NCBI RefSeq assembly: GCF_003918875.1
Contig: NW_025766980.1
Location: 3,596,001 to 3,660,000, forward strand
Reading direction: 5' to 3'
DNA: 64,000 nucleotides
Source of the DNA: Haliotis rubra
Taxonomy: Eukaryota
Shown here: positions 1 through 12,520 of the stretch, in pieces
Layout of the letters: each line of letters begins with the position of its first letter
How positions within the stretch are numbered: position 1 is the stretch's first letter
The notes under the pieces: generated by a model
The model's input: the letters and a program-made list of their open reading frames with translations, nothing else
What the model was told of the DNA's origin: nothing
The model's database searches: none
Program-made: the position numbers and the translations under genes

Positions 1-162
1 GGGTAGCCTAGTGGTTAAAGCGTTGTCTCGTCATGCTGAAGACCCGGGTTCGAATCCCCACATGGGTACAATGTGTGAAGCCCATTTCTGGTGTCCCCCA
101 TTGTGATGTTGCTGGAATATTGCTAAAAGCGGCGTAAAACCAAACTCAGTCAGTCAGTCAGT
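1..162 (+). mobile_element. tRNA-derived SINE, family A (5' end cut by window edge)
   Basis: A-box-like TAGCCTAGTGG, B-box GGTTCGAATCC, core GGAATATTGCTAAAAGCGGCGTAAAAC and (CAGT)n tail; near-identical to the copy at 8687-8848. Confidence 0.9.
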
Positions 163-499
163 GTTACATGCAATAGTCTAGAATGGGTTTTAAAACTAAT
201 CTCACCTCACCAATTTGAAGGTGCACATGTAAATTATGTTTGTACGAACATTCTTCAGCTGTGTGCTTCTGATTCATCATCTGTACTGTGAAACACTGAC
301 CCACATTTCATACACAGATGTAATCATTGTCAGGAGCAAGTACAGTGTTTCAAAGTCTGTGACATTTTGAAATTTGCTAATAAATACATTTTCTACATGT
401 TGAGTTGAAGTGTGACAATTGTAACCTGATGGTCTGTTCACAGGAATAGTTTATTTAGCTGAGTCAGGATATCATTAATGACAAGAGTAATCTGATAAG

Positions 500-822
500 G
501 GGCCAATGTGAGAGTGGAAGGTTGCTGGTTCGATCCCTGGCAGCGTCATACCAAAAGACGTTAAAATATGGTACTTGTTGGTCCCTGCCTTGTGCTCGGC
601 ATTAATGGGTACAACAAGGACTGGTCGGCTCGGAGTCAGTATAATGTGTCTGAGTGGGGGATTCATGCTTCACTGCGGCATGGTATCTCAGTTGGCTAGC
701 ACTATAAAACCAGCCTAAGTCTGGGCTAGTACAAGCAGCCGCATATACACATACACATGCAGGCACTTCGTCATATGAGCGAAATATTCTCCAGCATGAC
801 GTTAAACCCAATTTCACCTCAT
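500..822 (+). mobile_element. tRNA-derived SINE, family B
   Basis: B-box GGTTCGATCCC near 527; body matches the reverse complement of 12521-12871; ends GTTAAACCCAATTTCACCTCA. Confidence 0.8.
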
Positions 823-1492
823 CTCAATTTCCACAAATGTATTTATCATATTTCCGATGTCCTTTGCTGGGATATTACTGAAATATGGCAAAAAGAGTCA
901 TATTAATGTAGCTACTCACTGTGATAAGATTACCTTGATCACAACTGCCTTGTATAAGAGTTCCTTATTTCCCCTGTCCTTGAATTTGCACCCAGATATC
1001 TATGCTGCACATGAGAGTCAACTCAGTAGATTGGATGGTCTGTGTAGATACCTTTTTTCATTGTGAGGTTATCTTGAATAGATGTCGATTTTGTTTCTAC
1101 AACTGAAACAAGTCATTCAGAACAACATCAACATATCAACCATTGATGAATTTCTCTTATTCAGGAATTATCAGGTTGTTTATTTTTTTGTTTTAAAAAA
1201 TGAATAAAAAAAAACACTGCATGTTGAGCAGGGTTTTTGGTGACAGAATGAATTGTGTGTATATCGTGATGGCATATATCACAAAGGTGACCATGTTACA
1301 AAATCCAAGAATTCCATGGAAATTATGACCCCTGTGTATGTCCAATGACGAGCTTGATTACAGATATATGTGCCAGGATACTGCACAAATAGAAATATGA
1401 CATCTTTAGTAACAAGGTTAAGTTTCATAATACAGTGGCATGTCCACAATGGTACCTGAGGTGGCAAAGGTGGTCCAACCAATCAATAATCA

Positions 1493-1712
1493 GGCCTGTG
1501 AAGATCCGGGCAGAATTGGTCTCAAGCAACACATGTCAAGAAGAGGCGACCAACAGGATCGGGTGGTCAGATCCCTGACTTGGTTGACACGTGTCATATC
1601 CCTGTTGCATAGATGGTTAGTCACTGGATTCTTGAGTCCAGAATAGATTATTTACAGACCACCATCAAATGGCTAGAATGTCGCTGAGTGCAGTGTTAAA
1701 CAACACACAACC
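1493..1712 (+). repeat. Interspersed repeat family C (SINE-like)
   Basis: GTGAAGATCCGGG...GGATCGGGTGGTCAG...CACTGGATT shared with 7766-7935 (+) and 7410-7643 (-). Confidence 0.65.
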
Positions 1713-1777
1713 AAAGACACAAGCACCCAGTATCAGCATTTAAATGGCTGCTTGTTCCTCGCAATGTCTTGGAATGT

Positions 1778-4023
1778 AGTATCATGATACGTATCATAAC
1801 TTGACCTCAGTATCGAGATGCGTATCATATTGTGACCTCAGTATCAAAATACGTATCCTATTGTGACCTCAATAACGAGATACGTATCGTATGTTGAGGC
1901 AACTGTATCGAAATACATATCGTATGGTGACCATAGTATCTATACACGAAACGTGGTGACCTCAGTATCGCGTGAACCCAGTATAGAAATACGTATCGTA
2001 ACCTCGGTATCGAGATATATATCGTATGGTGACGCAACTGTATCGAAATATGTATTGTATTGTGACCTCAGTATTGATAAATGTATCGTATTGTGACCTC
2101 AGTATCAATATACATATCATACTGTGACCTCAGTATGGAGATACGTATCCTATGGTGAGGCAGCTATAGAAATACATATCGTATCGTGACCTCAGTATCG
2201 ATACACGTATTGTATTGTGACCTCTGTGTCCTCATATGGTGAGGCGACTGTATAGAAATACGTATTGTATCGTGACCTCACTATCGATATACATATTGTA
2301 CTGTGACCTCAGTATGGAGATACGTATCCTATGGTGAGGCAATTGTATAGAAATAAGTATCATATTGAGACCACATTATCGATATACGTATCGTATCGTG
2401 ACCTCAGTATCGATATACATATCATACTGTGACCTCAGTATGGAGATACGTATCCTATGGTGAGGCAACTGTATAGAAATACATATCGTATCGTGACCTC
2501 AGTATCGATATACGTATTGTATTGTGACCTCAGTGTCCAAATACGTATCCTATTGTGACTTTAGTATCGATATACCTATTGAACTGTGACCTCAGTATCG
2601 AGATACGTATCGTATGTTGAGGCAACTGTATCAAAATACTTATCGTATGGTGACCTTAGTATCTATACACGTATCGTATCCCAGTATAGAAATACGTATC
2701 GTAACCTCAGTATCGAGATACATATCGTATGGTGATGCAGCTGTATCGAAATATGTATTGTATAGTGACCTCAGTATCGATATATGTATTGTATTGTGAC
2801 CTCAGTATCAATATACATATCATACTGTGACCTCAGTATTGAGATACGTATCCTATGGTGAGGCAACTGTATAGAAAAACATATCGTATCGTGACCTCAG
2901 TATCGATATATGTATCGTATTGTGAACTCAGTATCGATATACATATCGTACTGTGACCTCAGTATCAATATACGTATTGTATTGTGACCTCAGTATCCAA
3001 ATACGTATCTTATTGTGACTTCAGTATCGATATACATATTGTACCGTGACGTCAGTATGGAGATACGTATCGTATGGTGAGGCGACTGTATAAAAATACG
3101 TATCGTATCGTGACCTCACTATCGATATACATATTGTACTGTGACCTCAGTATGGAGATACGTATCCTATTGTGAGGCAATTGTATAGAAATAAGTATCG
3201 TATTGTGACCACATTATCGATATGCGTATCGTATTGTGACCTCAGTATCGATATACATATTGTACTGTGACCTCAGTATGGAGATACGTATCCTATTGTG
3301 AGGCAATTGTATAGAAATAAGTATCGTATTGTGACCACATTATCGATATACGTATCGTATTGTGACCTCAGTATCGATATACATATCGTACTGTGACCTC
3401 AGTATGGAGACACATATCCTATGGTGAGGCAACTGTATAGAAATACGTATCGTATTGTGACCGCAGTATCGATATATGTATCGTATTGTGAACTCAGTAT
3501 CAATATACATATTGTATTGTGACCTCAGTATCCAAATACGAATCCTATTGTGACTTCAGTATCGATATACATATTGTACTGTGACCTCAGTGTGGAGATA
3601 CGTATCGTATGGTGAGGCAACTGTATAGAAATACATATCGTATCGTGACCTCAGTATCGATATACATATCATATCTTGACCACAGTATCGATATACATAT
3701 CGTACTGTGACCTCAGTATGGAGATACGTATCCTATTGTGAGGCAATTGTATAGAAATAAGTATCGTATTGTGACCACATTATCGATATACGTATCGTAT
3801 GGTGATGCAGCTGTATCGATATACGTATCGTATGGTGATGCAGCTGTATCGATATACGTATCGTATGGTGATGCAGCTGTATCGATATACGTATCGTATG
3901 GTGATGCAGCTGTATCGATATACGTATCCTATGGTGAGGCAACTGTATAGAAATACGTATCGTATCATGACCACAGTATCGAGATACGTATCGTACGGTG
4001 ATGCAGCTGTATCGAGACATCCC
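1778..4023. repeat. 30-bp-unit minisatellite array (~2.2 kb)
   Basis: Tandem units of the type GTATCGTATTGTGACCTCAGTATCGATATAC alternate with variants (TATGGTGAGGCAACTGTATAGAAATAC, TATGGTGATGCAGCTGTATCGATATAC); the ORFs called here are repeat translations. Confidence 0.95.
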
Positions 4024-4543
4024 GAAAAGCAAGTCAACTTGTGAGGAAGGACGTGGCGACCAGTGCAGTGAAGGTTCGTCCAAGACCAGGAAAACCGAGG
4101 AAGACCAATCATTGATATGATTCGTTCGGCAAAATACATTCCCATGCCCTTATTGCCCTATGCCGAAAAACTGGAGAGTGGATGGTTCTTGATCAACGCT
4201 CATGTGTATTTCGTGCTATTTGATGTCTGCAAGCTCAGATTACAATTCAGAGTCTTTATTCCAACTACACTACATAAGGATACAAATTTTGAGCGCACAT
4301 ACTATATAACAAGTTATATGATAACTGCAATGGAACTGAAATAAAATCATGATGAATGAACATTCCCCTTTAGAAATGTTGCAGGATTCTACAGTTTTTC
4401 TCAAGATTGGGGCAGATGATGTCATGGAGCGGCACGGTGGCAGCTGGACACATCCTTTTCACTGTTTATATTATTAATGGGAATCGGACTTTCCTTTACT
4501 GCAACTTTCTATACATGCATAAAACCTTTATCAAATCATACTC

Positions 4544-4730
4544 GGGTGGCGGTGTGGTATGCGTGTGTGTTAGCCTAATAGTTAAAGCGTTCGTTCGTCG
4601 CGAAGAAAAAACAGGTTTATGGAGTTTCATTCCACATAGTATGTGCATTGTGTGATGCCCATTTATAGTGTCCCCGTCGTGATATTGCTTGATTATTGCT
4701 AAAAGCGGCGTAAAACTAAACTCACTCACT
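4544..4730 (+). mobile_element. SINE family A, diverged copy
   Basis: GTTAAAGCGTTCG...ATTGCTAAAAGCGGCGTAAAACTAAACTCACTCACT. Confidence 0.8.
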
Positions 4731-5023
4731 CCACGCACGGGTACGCTGGATTGTGCTGCCCTCCGCCATGCCATCACTGAATGATTACTAAGAGCTGCGT
4801 AAAAACATACTAACTCTACTAAATTCTACATGTGTCCCTCCACACTCAATTCAACACCCGATTATAGGTTCGAATCCCAGATCATATGATCTTGTTTTGT
4901 AATCGCCACACACCAGTAACCTCCTAACACCTGCACCATAAATAAGGTTCTTCTCCACTTCCTCCCATGAGATGGTGTAACTGACGCTAGGTCGAGTTTC
5001 TTCTGTGTCAACTTCATGGAGTC

Positions 5024-6142
5024 TCATGTTTCTTCAGCGCTCCAGAGTGACTGAATTTTCGAGCACACTGAAAATATTGTGATCCGGTGTGACACCTGAA
5101 ATGGGTCTGCAGATTTTCTTTCGCAGGAGACGCCTTCTGTCACGCCTGACAATCGAAAGGTTTCTGGGGCAGAGTGTACCTTCATATGTGTGTTGAAGGT
5201 GTGTTTCAGACGAAATATCTTGTCACACACGGGACAAGTTAAGGCCTTGACCATGTCGACGTCAATGTGCACGACCATGTGTATTTTTAAGTAGGCCGCT
5301 GTTGAGAAACACTTGCAGCAGTATCCACATACAAAAGCTTTGTCGTCAGCGTGAACATAAACATGGCGATTTAACTGAGCGGCGGAGGTGAAGGTCTTGT
5401 CACACTGGAGACATTCGTATGCATGTATCCCGGTATGAGACTCCAAATGTTCTGTCAGGCGGGAACACTGAGTATACGTCCGCTCACATAACCCACAACC
5501 AAACACAGAATCTCCCTTCTTGTATCCTATATGTGCACGAATGTGTTTGTACAGGTCCCCTGTGCTGTTAAACGTCTCCTCACAGATCCCACATCTGAAA
5601 CATTCCTTTTCGTGTATCAACTTGTGTTTGCCCAGAACATCTTCATCAGCGAAACTCTTGTTGCAAAGCTCACACACAGGCAAAACCTCTTTATGGTGTG
5701 ATGCTTTATGTTTATCACATGCAGCTTTAGATTCGAAAGTCTTTGAACAGTTATCACACTTGTAGGTCGTCAGTTCCGGGTGCATTTTCATGTGTTCCTT
5801 CAGGTTCCGGGAAACTGCGAATCTGTTCTCGCACACAGGGCACTGGTATGGCTTTCCATCTGTGTGGCGCTTTGAGTGTTTCTGAAGGTTGCTCTTTAGT
5901 TTATACGCCTGATCACATACATCACACTTGAATGGTCTGGCGTCATTGTGTCTGACCATGTGACTCTTCACACCCGACTTCTGGGAGAATCTTTTCGCAC
6001 AAAGTTCACATCCATATGGCTTCTCCCCAGTGTGGACTCGCAAGTGAACTATCAATTCCGCGGGGTTACGAAATGATTTCTTACATACTTCGCAGTTGTA
6101 GACTTTGGGTTTAACCTCTCCTCTTTCCGACTTTGGTTCCAT
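5024..6142 (-). CDS. C2H2 zinc-finger protein (11 fingers, 372 aa)
   Basis: 11 CxxC-x12-H-x3-H motifs; HTGEKPY and HTDGKPY linkers; uninterrupted ORF. Confidence 0.92.
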   Translation of the reverse strand: MEPKSERGEVKPKVYNCEVCKKSFRNPAELIVHLRVHTGEKPYGCELCAKRFSQKSGVKSHMVRHNDARPFKCDVCDQAYKLKSNLQKHSKRHTDGKPYQCPVCENRFAVSRNLKEHMKMHPELTTYKCDNCSKTFESKAACDKHKASHHKEVLPVCELCNKSFADEDVLGKHKLIHEKECFRCGICEETFNSTGDLYKHIRAHIGYKKGDSVFGCGLCERTYTQCSRLTEHLESHTGIHAYECLQCDKTFTSAAQLNRHVYVHADDKAFVCGYCCKCFSTAAYLKIHMVVHIDVDMVKALTCPVCDKIFRLKHTFNTHMKVHSAPETFRLSGVTEGVSCERKSADPFQVSHRITIFSVCSKIQSLWSAEET

Positions 6143-6158
6143 TTCCAGTTCCGTACGC

Positions 6159-6946
6159 CTGCATGGAAATATGGTATCTGTATATGTGGACGAGTGAAAT
6201 CAAGCCGATTCTCACCATTGCATACATTTATATAAAATATACATACATATTATATCTTATTCATAAATAGGATTACTGACATAATAAATTCAATACAATG
6301 TTAGTCGTGTATTTGTCTTGATTGTTTTATAAGAAATATATGCATGAAAAACTGGTGTTTGTATGTCAGTGGTCATACTTATATTACGATCGTATAGTGT
6401 GAGCCCTCTTAATGACTAAGAAGTGGAGTCAGAGTGGTAAAACCGTTTATTGGTTCTCACTCTTTCTTCATATGATATATTTCTGTTTAAAGTGGCCATA
6501 AACCAAAACCAATACACATTTTGCTGATAAAATTCTTAGCCACGTTATTATTTCAAAATTACAGATTTCCAAACGAAACGATATTTATTCATCAGTATAC
6601 TTTTTGCGTGAAATGAAATGGAATTTAGAAGCTGGTGTGATGAACAAAGGAGATACTTCCACAGATATACAACTTCTTTATTATAATATAAGAAACATAA
6701 GCATGAAATGAGGATCGTAAACGGTTGTTAGCCTTACAGAAGCGCCACTGAAGAGCGGGAGGCAAGCAGCGATATAACGAGACAGCGAGCGCGCTATACT
6801 GCGATAATTGCTCCCCGTCATCGCAGGCGGGCTGCGCCCGGTAAAACTGCATTCTTGACAACTGTTGCAAATCCATAAAACTATCTTCCTTGTTCATCAT
6901 CGTTCCTAGAAGACACACTATCGTGAAAAATCTCAATCCAACTTAC
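6159..6946 (-). other. Putative 5'-UTR intron of the zinc-finger gene
   Basis: Minus-strand donor G|GTAAGT at 6946 and acceptor TCCATGCAG| ending at 6159, 16 nt upstream of the ATG; CpG-rich sequence at 6.7-7.4 kb. Confidence 0.45.
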
Positions 6947-7409
6947 CGTCGAGGCTGCGAAAAAGACTGTTTTGTTTCTGATGACCCAAGTTGAGGACAT
7001 TTGTTCTGATACGAAATAACCAGCATTTATAGCATTTGTTCAAGCGCGTAACACGACTGAGAGAGTAGCCAGCTTATAAATTGTTGTAGAAATAAGTCTG
7101 TATTCTTCACCAAAACAACGGCTCCAGCAACTTGTGAGTTACATTGGTTTTTGAGCTGTTTTGACGTCAGCTTGGAAGTACATCAGCGGCCTGTGCCTCG
7201 TGAATCACAACCATCCGCTCGGGCATTCACTGTGGCCTGGATCGAGAGTGCCCGCCTTGACAGGACCTATTGTATAGAGCACTGATCCAGAGCGATTAAT
7301 GTTTCGCGCCAACAATCTAATCCCGTCCACAAGCTGCCAGGTACTGAGTTCCTGCTCCCCCGACCGTGACGGTCACGTGGACTAGGCAGCTGTCACGAAA
7401 CACGAATCG

Positions 7410-7643
7410 CTCTAGACCAGTGCGCAATATTCCAACAAAACGTCATGAGTCTGTACATTATCGAGTCTGATCCAGACAAGCCAGTGATTAATATCATGAA
7501 CACCGAGCTACGCATTTCTGACACCATGACATGCATTAATGAAGATAGTACGTCTTGACCACCCGATCCCATTGGGCCGTTAGTCGCCTCTAATGACCTG
7601 TGTTTATCTCTGAACACCAAGTCTAACCCGGACTCTTCAGAGG
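7410..7643 (-). repeat. Interspersed repeat family C
   Basis: Reverse complement reads TGAAGAGTCCGGGTTAGA...GAGGCGACTAAC...GGGATCGGGTGGTCAAG, as in 1493-1712. Confidence 0.6.
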
Positions 7644-7765
7644 GACTGAAACTGATTTTCGCTTCTGTGGAATACACATACCAAGAACTGGTGGATCAGT
7701 ACTTGTCGCAGTAATCATTTACGACCATATATTTAATTGATAAATGTGAGGGTGTCTCTGTTTTG

Positions 7766-7935
7766 GCCCGGTGAAGATCCGGGCTAGAATTGGTCTTTAG
7801 TAATTCATGCTTGTCGTAAGAGTTTTCTAAGGGGATCGGGTGGTCAGGCTCACTGACTTGGCTGACACATGTCATCGTATTCCAATTGCAAAAATCGATG
7901 TTCTTGCTGTTGATGACTGGATTGTCTGGTCCAGA
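7766..7935 (+). repeat. Interspersed repeat family C
   Basis: GGTGAAGATCCGGGCTAGAATTGGTC...GGGATCGGGTGGTCAGG...GACTGGATTGTCTGGTCCAGA. Confidence 0.65.
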
Positions 7936-8393
7936 ATGTGCGTATAGGGCCAGTCTCTGATATATCTGACAATGGAATTATTCTACCGAATCTTCACGGA
8001 CTTTTTAACCCAGGTCCATTTATTACTGCTTAAACTGGTGTTATCATGGATATTTGATAAAGAATCAGTCGCATGATATGTTTGGAATTGTAAAGTCGAT
8101 TTCTTGTGATTGTGGAAAGAGTTTAAACGCGCTTATTAAACATGATATTATTCACACAAGTGAAACCGGAATTGTAATTTAATATAAATGATATCTATCT
8201 CTGTATATGAAACATTATATAATCGCATATGAAATGTACCACGTGCATTCCACTGCGAACATTTGAATGAGACTTATCTTGACTTGTGCTTTTTCGTGTC
8301 AGTTACATTTTATGACACGTTCTGGAACACCGAAGTTAGGAGTCGGTATGAGAGACACGCAATGTCATGTTCATGTTAATAGTATGTAGGTCT

Positions 8394-8556
8394 GTAGGGC
8401 AACCTAGTGGTTAAAGCGTTCGCCCTTACGCCGAGGATCCGGGTTCGATTCCAAACATTGGTACACCGTGTGAAGCCTATTTCCGGTCTCGCCCGTAGTG
8501 ATATTGCTCGAATATTGCTAACAGCGGCTTAAAACTATACTCAGCCACACACTCAC
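8394..8556 (+). mobile_element. SINE family A
   Basis: CCTAGTGGTTAAAGCGTTCG, B-box GGTTCGATTCC, core GAATATTGCTAACAGCGG. Confidence 0.85.
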
Positions 8557-8686
8557 TAATACTGTCTGTCAATTACCCCTCACATAAGGTCATGATGTGT
8601 ATTTCATTAAACCGTATTGTGATTCAGATATGAAAGTTTTCCTCATGTTATGTGGACACAGTTCACGTGTCATCTTACTAGCTGCT

Positions 8687-8848
8687 GGGGCGGTGGGGTA
8701 GCCTAGTGGTTAAAGCGTTGGCTTGTCACGCCGAAGACCCGGGTTCGAATCCCCACAGGGGTACAATGTGTGCAGCCCATTTCTGGTGTCCCCCGCCGTG
8801 ATGTTGCTGGAATATTGCTAAAAGCGGCGTAAAACCAAATTCAGTCAG
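8687..8848 (+). mobile_element. SINE family A, full length, with 14-bp TSD
   Basis: Starts GGGGCGGTGGGGTAGCC; flanked by perfect direct repeat TCTTACTAGCTGCT (8673-8686 and 8849-8862). Confidence 0.95.
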
Positions 8849-9627
8849 TCTTACTAGCTGCTTCCAGCTGACTGACTCTCACAGCGAGTAGTACACAGTG
8901 GAATCCAGCCCCCTTCCCCTTCTCTGACACAGCTATAGGTGAAGCAAGTAGAAATGGCAGTAATTGGGCAAACGTTTTTTTCCATCTTCCCCAAAGTAAT
9001 AACAGGTGACCGAGTAACACTTGAAGACCACAAACGTACCGTATATTGTTATCGTTTCAAACACCAAGTCAGCCCAGTTCCATGTCTCAGCCTGGTGAAG
9101 ACAGGACAGTGTGGTGTCATGTCAGACGTGTTGTTATCAGGGTGCACCCGATACGGCGTCTCGCCACTTGTTGATAATATGGGCATGCAATCAGATGGTG
9201 AAAGCCTAGATCCGTTTCAAATGGTTCTTAGATGTTCAGTTTAAGCAGAACCAGAATCAGAACAGTTACGTAAACCGTCTAAATAAATCGAACAACAAGC
9301 GTTCAAAATCGTTAAAAATTTAATGTTCTGGCATCATTAATCATGTACTATTCATGCAAATACCGTAACTAATTTAAATAGCAAGTGATAATACCTAGTC
9401 CGTGTCCTTTGTAAGCATTTCCAGAAGCCATGCATCTTCAGAATGAACAGACATAATAAATAGTTTACAATCATGCAGTGGTATCACTAGAGTATACAAT
9501 CAATGTATCCGTCAGTAATTATTAACAGGTACATTTTAAACCCTGCCACACATTACTATTTTACAGAACATCAATGTTTCTAGGGACACAAGAACTGTTA
9601 TCCTCAAAGCCGGACTTTCTTCCACTG

Positions 9628-10125
9628 TTATTTCCCAACTATTCCAGGGGTGGACTCGAGCTCCAGTTCACATAAGAAAAACTCGGTGTCGTGGCATTCA
9701 TTGTCATCCCACGTGTACCCTCCTTTCTTGTACATGAGACAGTGCTGGTGACCGTTGTCATTATTGGGTTCTCCAGGTAGCCACCAGGTATTGGCGATCC
9801 GGGTATTTTGAAATCCCCACTGCCAGTCGTCCTGTACCAGGTATGTCAACCCACCGATCCAGATACCATCAGTTTTAATAGTAGAATCTTCTCGTTTGAG
9901 ATAGCCTTCCACAAAGGAGTGTTCCGAGGCATCTTCCACGTAGGCCAGGTGGGAGCCTATAGCCTGACAGTACACGGCTGCCTCCGCCCACGATGCTTGC
10001 ACACGGATGAGGCTGTAGCAGGAGTTGTCGTGGTGCAGGAAGCCGCTTGGACAGGACTGACACCAAACCACACCCGTGGCTGTAGCCAAGATGAGGGTCA
10101 CAGTTACACCAAGCAGCTTGAACAT
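9628..10125 (-). CDS. Perlucin-like secreted C-type lectin, copy 1 (165 aa, EPN/WDD)
   Basis: ATG at 10125 gives signal peptide MFKLLGVTVTLILATATGVVWC; CTLD cysteines, WIGG, EPN, WDD, FLCE; intronless. Confidence 0.93.
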   Translation of the reverse strand: MFKLLGVTVTLILATATGVVWCQSCPSGFLHHDNSCYSLIRVQASWAEAAVYCQAIGSHLAYVEDASEHSFVEGYLKREDSTIKTDGIWIGGLTYLVQDDWQWGFQNTRIANTWWLPGEPNNDNGHQHCLMYKKGGYTWDDNECHDTEFFLCELELESTPGIVGK

Positions 10126-11207
10126 GACTGTGTTTGGAACGATACTTCGAGAAGTTGTGTGTAACGTTGATTGGAACGTATTGGTGTTTGTCACTTCCCA
10201 CGCCTTTATCTGGACAGGTTATCTCAGAGAAGACAGTACAGTAACAAAGTAGACAAAAACTCGTTGAACATTGCACCAACATGTCTGTTATCGAAAGGTG
10301 ACCGAGTATATATATTCATGTCCTCTCCTGATTACAGGAGAGCAACATCACAACTAATTGTATAATATCAGAAATCCTTGTCATTTACGTTGTCCAGATA
10401 TGATAGATCGTGATGCTCATTTTTGCATGCCCTTGTGAGTTATTTTTTTTCTCGCTGATTGGATAAAACAACATAACATCTAGATATATCATATAATTGG
10501 TGGGTGGTTGGGCAGGATAAAGCCAACGGATAAGTGCGGTATCCGTTGAGGTCATATACGGATACAGGTGTAAATATGAGAGGTCAGTTAGAAACTACTT
10601 TCAAAGTTTAGACATACACCCGTGCCAAACGAGGTCTGTGAACTGGGTTCCGGGCTTGTTTCAAAGGTGACCTGGTGAAGACAGGACAGTGTGGTGTCAT
10701 GTCAGACGTGTTGTTATCAGGGTGCACCTGATACGGCGTCTCGCCACTTGTTGATAATATGGGCATGCAATCATATGGTGAAAGCCTAGATCCGTTTCAA
10801 ATGGTTCTTAGATGGTCAGTTTAAGCAGAACCAGAATCAGAACAGTTAGGTAAACCGACTAAATAAATCGAACAACAAGCGTTCAAAATCGTTAAAAATT
10901 TAATGTTCTGGCATCATTAATCATGTACTATTCATGCAAATACCGTAGCTAATTTAAATAGCAAGTGATAATACCTAGTCCGTGTCCTTTGTAAGCATTT
11001 CCAGAAGCCATGCATCTTCAGAATGAACAGACATAATAAATATTTTACAATCATGCAGTGGCATCACTAGAGTATACAATCAATGTATCCGTCAGTAATT
11101 ATTAACAGGTACATTTTAAACCCTGCCACACATTACTATTTTACAGAACATCAATGTTTCTAGGGACACAAGAACTGTTATCCTCAAAGCCGGACTTTCT
11201 TCTACTG

Positions 11208-11705
11208 TTATTTCCCAACTATTCCAGGGCTGGACTCGAGCTCCAGTTCACATAAGAAAAACTCGGTGTCCTGGCATTCATTGTCATCCCACGTGTACCC
11301 TCCTTTCTTGTACATGAGACAGTGCTGGTGACCGTTGTCATTATTGGGTTCTCCAGGTAGCCACCAGGTATTGGCGATCCGGGTATTTTGAAATCCCCAC
11401 TGCCAGTCGTCCTGTACCAGGTATGTCAACCCACCGATCCAGATACCATCAGTTTTAATAGTAGAATCTTCTCGTTTGAGATAGCCTTCCACAAAGGAGT
11501 GTTCCGAGGCATCTTCCACGTAGGCCAGGTGGGAGCCTATAGCCTGACAGTACACGGCTGCCTCCGCCCACGATGCTTGCACACGGATGAGGCTGTAGCA
11601 GGAGTTGTCGTGGTGCAGGAAGCCGCTTGGACAGGACTGACACCAAACCACACCCGTGGCTGTAGCCAAGATGAGGGTCACAGTTACACCAAGCAGCTTG
11701 AACAT
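11208..11705 (-). CDS. Perlucin-like C-type lectin, copy 2 (165 aa, EPN/WDD)
   Basis: Identical to copy 1 except H>Q and T>S near the C-terminus. Confidence 0.93.
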   Translation of the reverse strand: MFKLLGVTVTLILATATGVVWCQSCPSGFLHHDNSCYSLIRVQASWAEAAVYCQAIGSHLAYVEDASEHSFVEGYLKREDSTIKTDGIWIGGLTYLVQDDWQWGFQNTRIANTWWLPGEPNNDNGHQHCLMYKKGGYTWDDNECQDTEFFLCELELESSPGIVGK

Positions 11706-12520
11706 GACTGTGTGTTTGGAACGATACTTCGAGAAGTTGTGTGTAACGTTGATTGGAACGTATTGGTGTTTGTCACTTCCCACGCCTTTATCTGGACAGG
11801 TTATCTCAGAGAAGACAGTACAGTAACAAAGTAGACAAAAACTCGTTGAACATTGCACCAGCATGTCTGTTATCGAAAGGTGACCGAGTATATATATTCA
11901 TGTCCTCTCCTGATTACAGGAGAGCAACATCACAACTAATTGTATAATATCAGAAATCCTTGTCATCTGCGTTGTCCAGATATGATAGATCGTGATGCTC
12001 ATTTTTGCATGCCCTCGTGAGTTATTTTTTTTCACCCTGAGTGGATAAAACAACATAACATTTAGATTTATCATATAATTGGTGGATGGTTGGGCAGGAT
12101 AAAGCCAACGGATAAGTGCGGTATCCGTTGAGGTCATATACGGATACAGGTGTAAATATGAGAGGTCAGTTAGAAACTACTTTTAAAGTTTACACATACA
12201 CCCGTGCCAAACGAAGTCTGTGAACTGGGTTCCGGGCTTGTTTCAAAGGTGACATGCGCTTCAATACGCCCGTCAAGATAATGGGTTTACCATAGATTCA
12301 TCATGCTGTTGGGACTCCTGTACCCTGTGTGGACTAGAGTCAACTGCAACACGTCAAACATTGATGTGAGGAAAATTAGGGTGTTACGTCGCGTGCAAGA
12401 TTATTTCAGGAGAGAATGTGCATAATCTCATGTACGTCTGCAGGTACTTCACCTGTTTTATAGACCACCGGGGTTTCTACAGTTTCGCATGAATAACCCC
12501 TCAGGCACCAACTAGTGCTG

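Larger units (their letters stand above)
9091..12252. repeat. Recent head-to-tail tandem duplication (units 9091-10670 and 10671-12252), each carrying one lectin gene
   Basis: Both units start CCTGGTGAAGACAGGACAG and end TTCAAAGGTGA; only scattered differences. Confidence 0.95.

Noticed and set aside
1778-4023. CRISPR-like array (30-bp semi-palindromic repeats)
   Set aside because: No unique spacers, units are directly adjacent and degenerate, there are no cas genes, and the context is eukaryotic
8687-8760. tRNA genes (also at 1-60, 12800-12870, 23586, 26010-26080, 47260-47360)
   Set aside because: The A/B boxes continue into shared SINE bodies, with simple-repeat tails and TSDs in several copies; no proper acceptor stem or terminator was seen
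10126-10194. N-terminal extensions on lectin copies 1 and 2 (188-aa and 218-aa ORF calls)
   Set aside because: They start at non-ATG or upstream codons and differ between copies by a TG indel; the ATG at 10125/11705 gives a proper signal peptide
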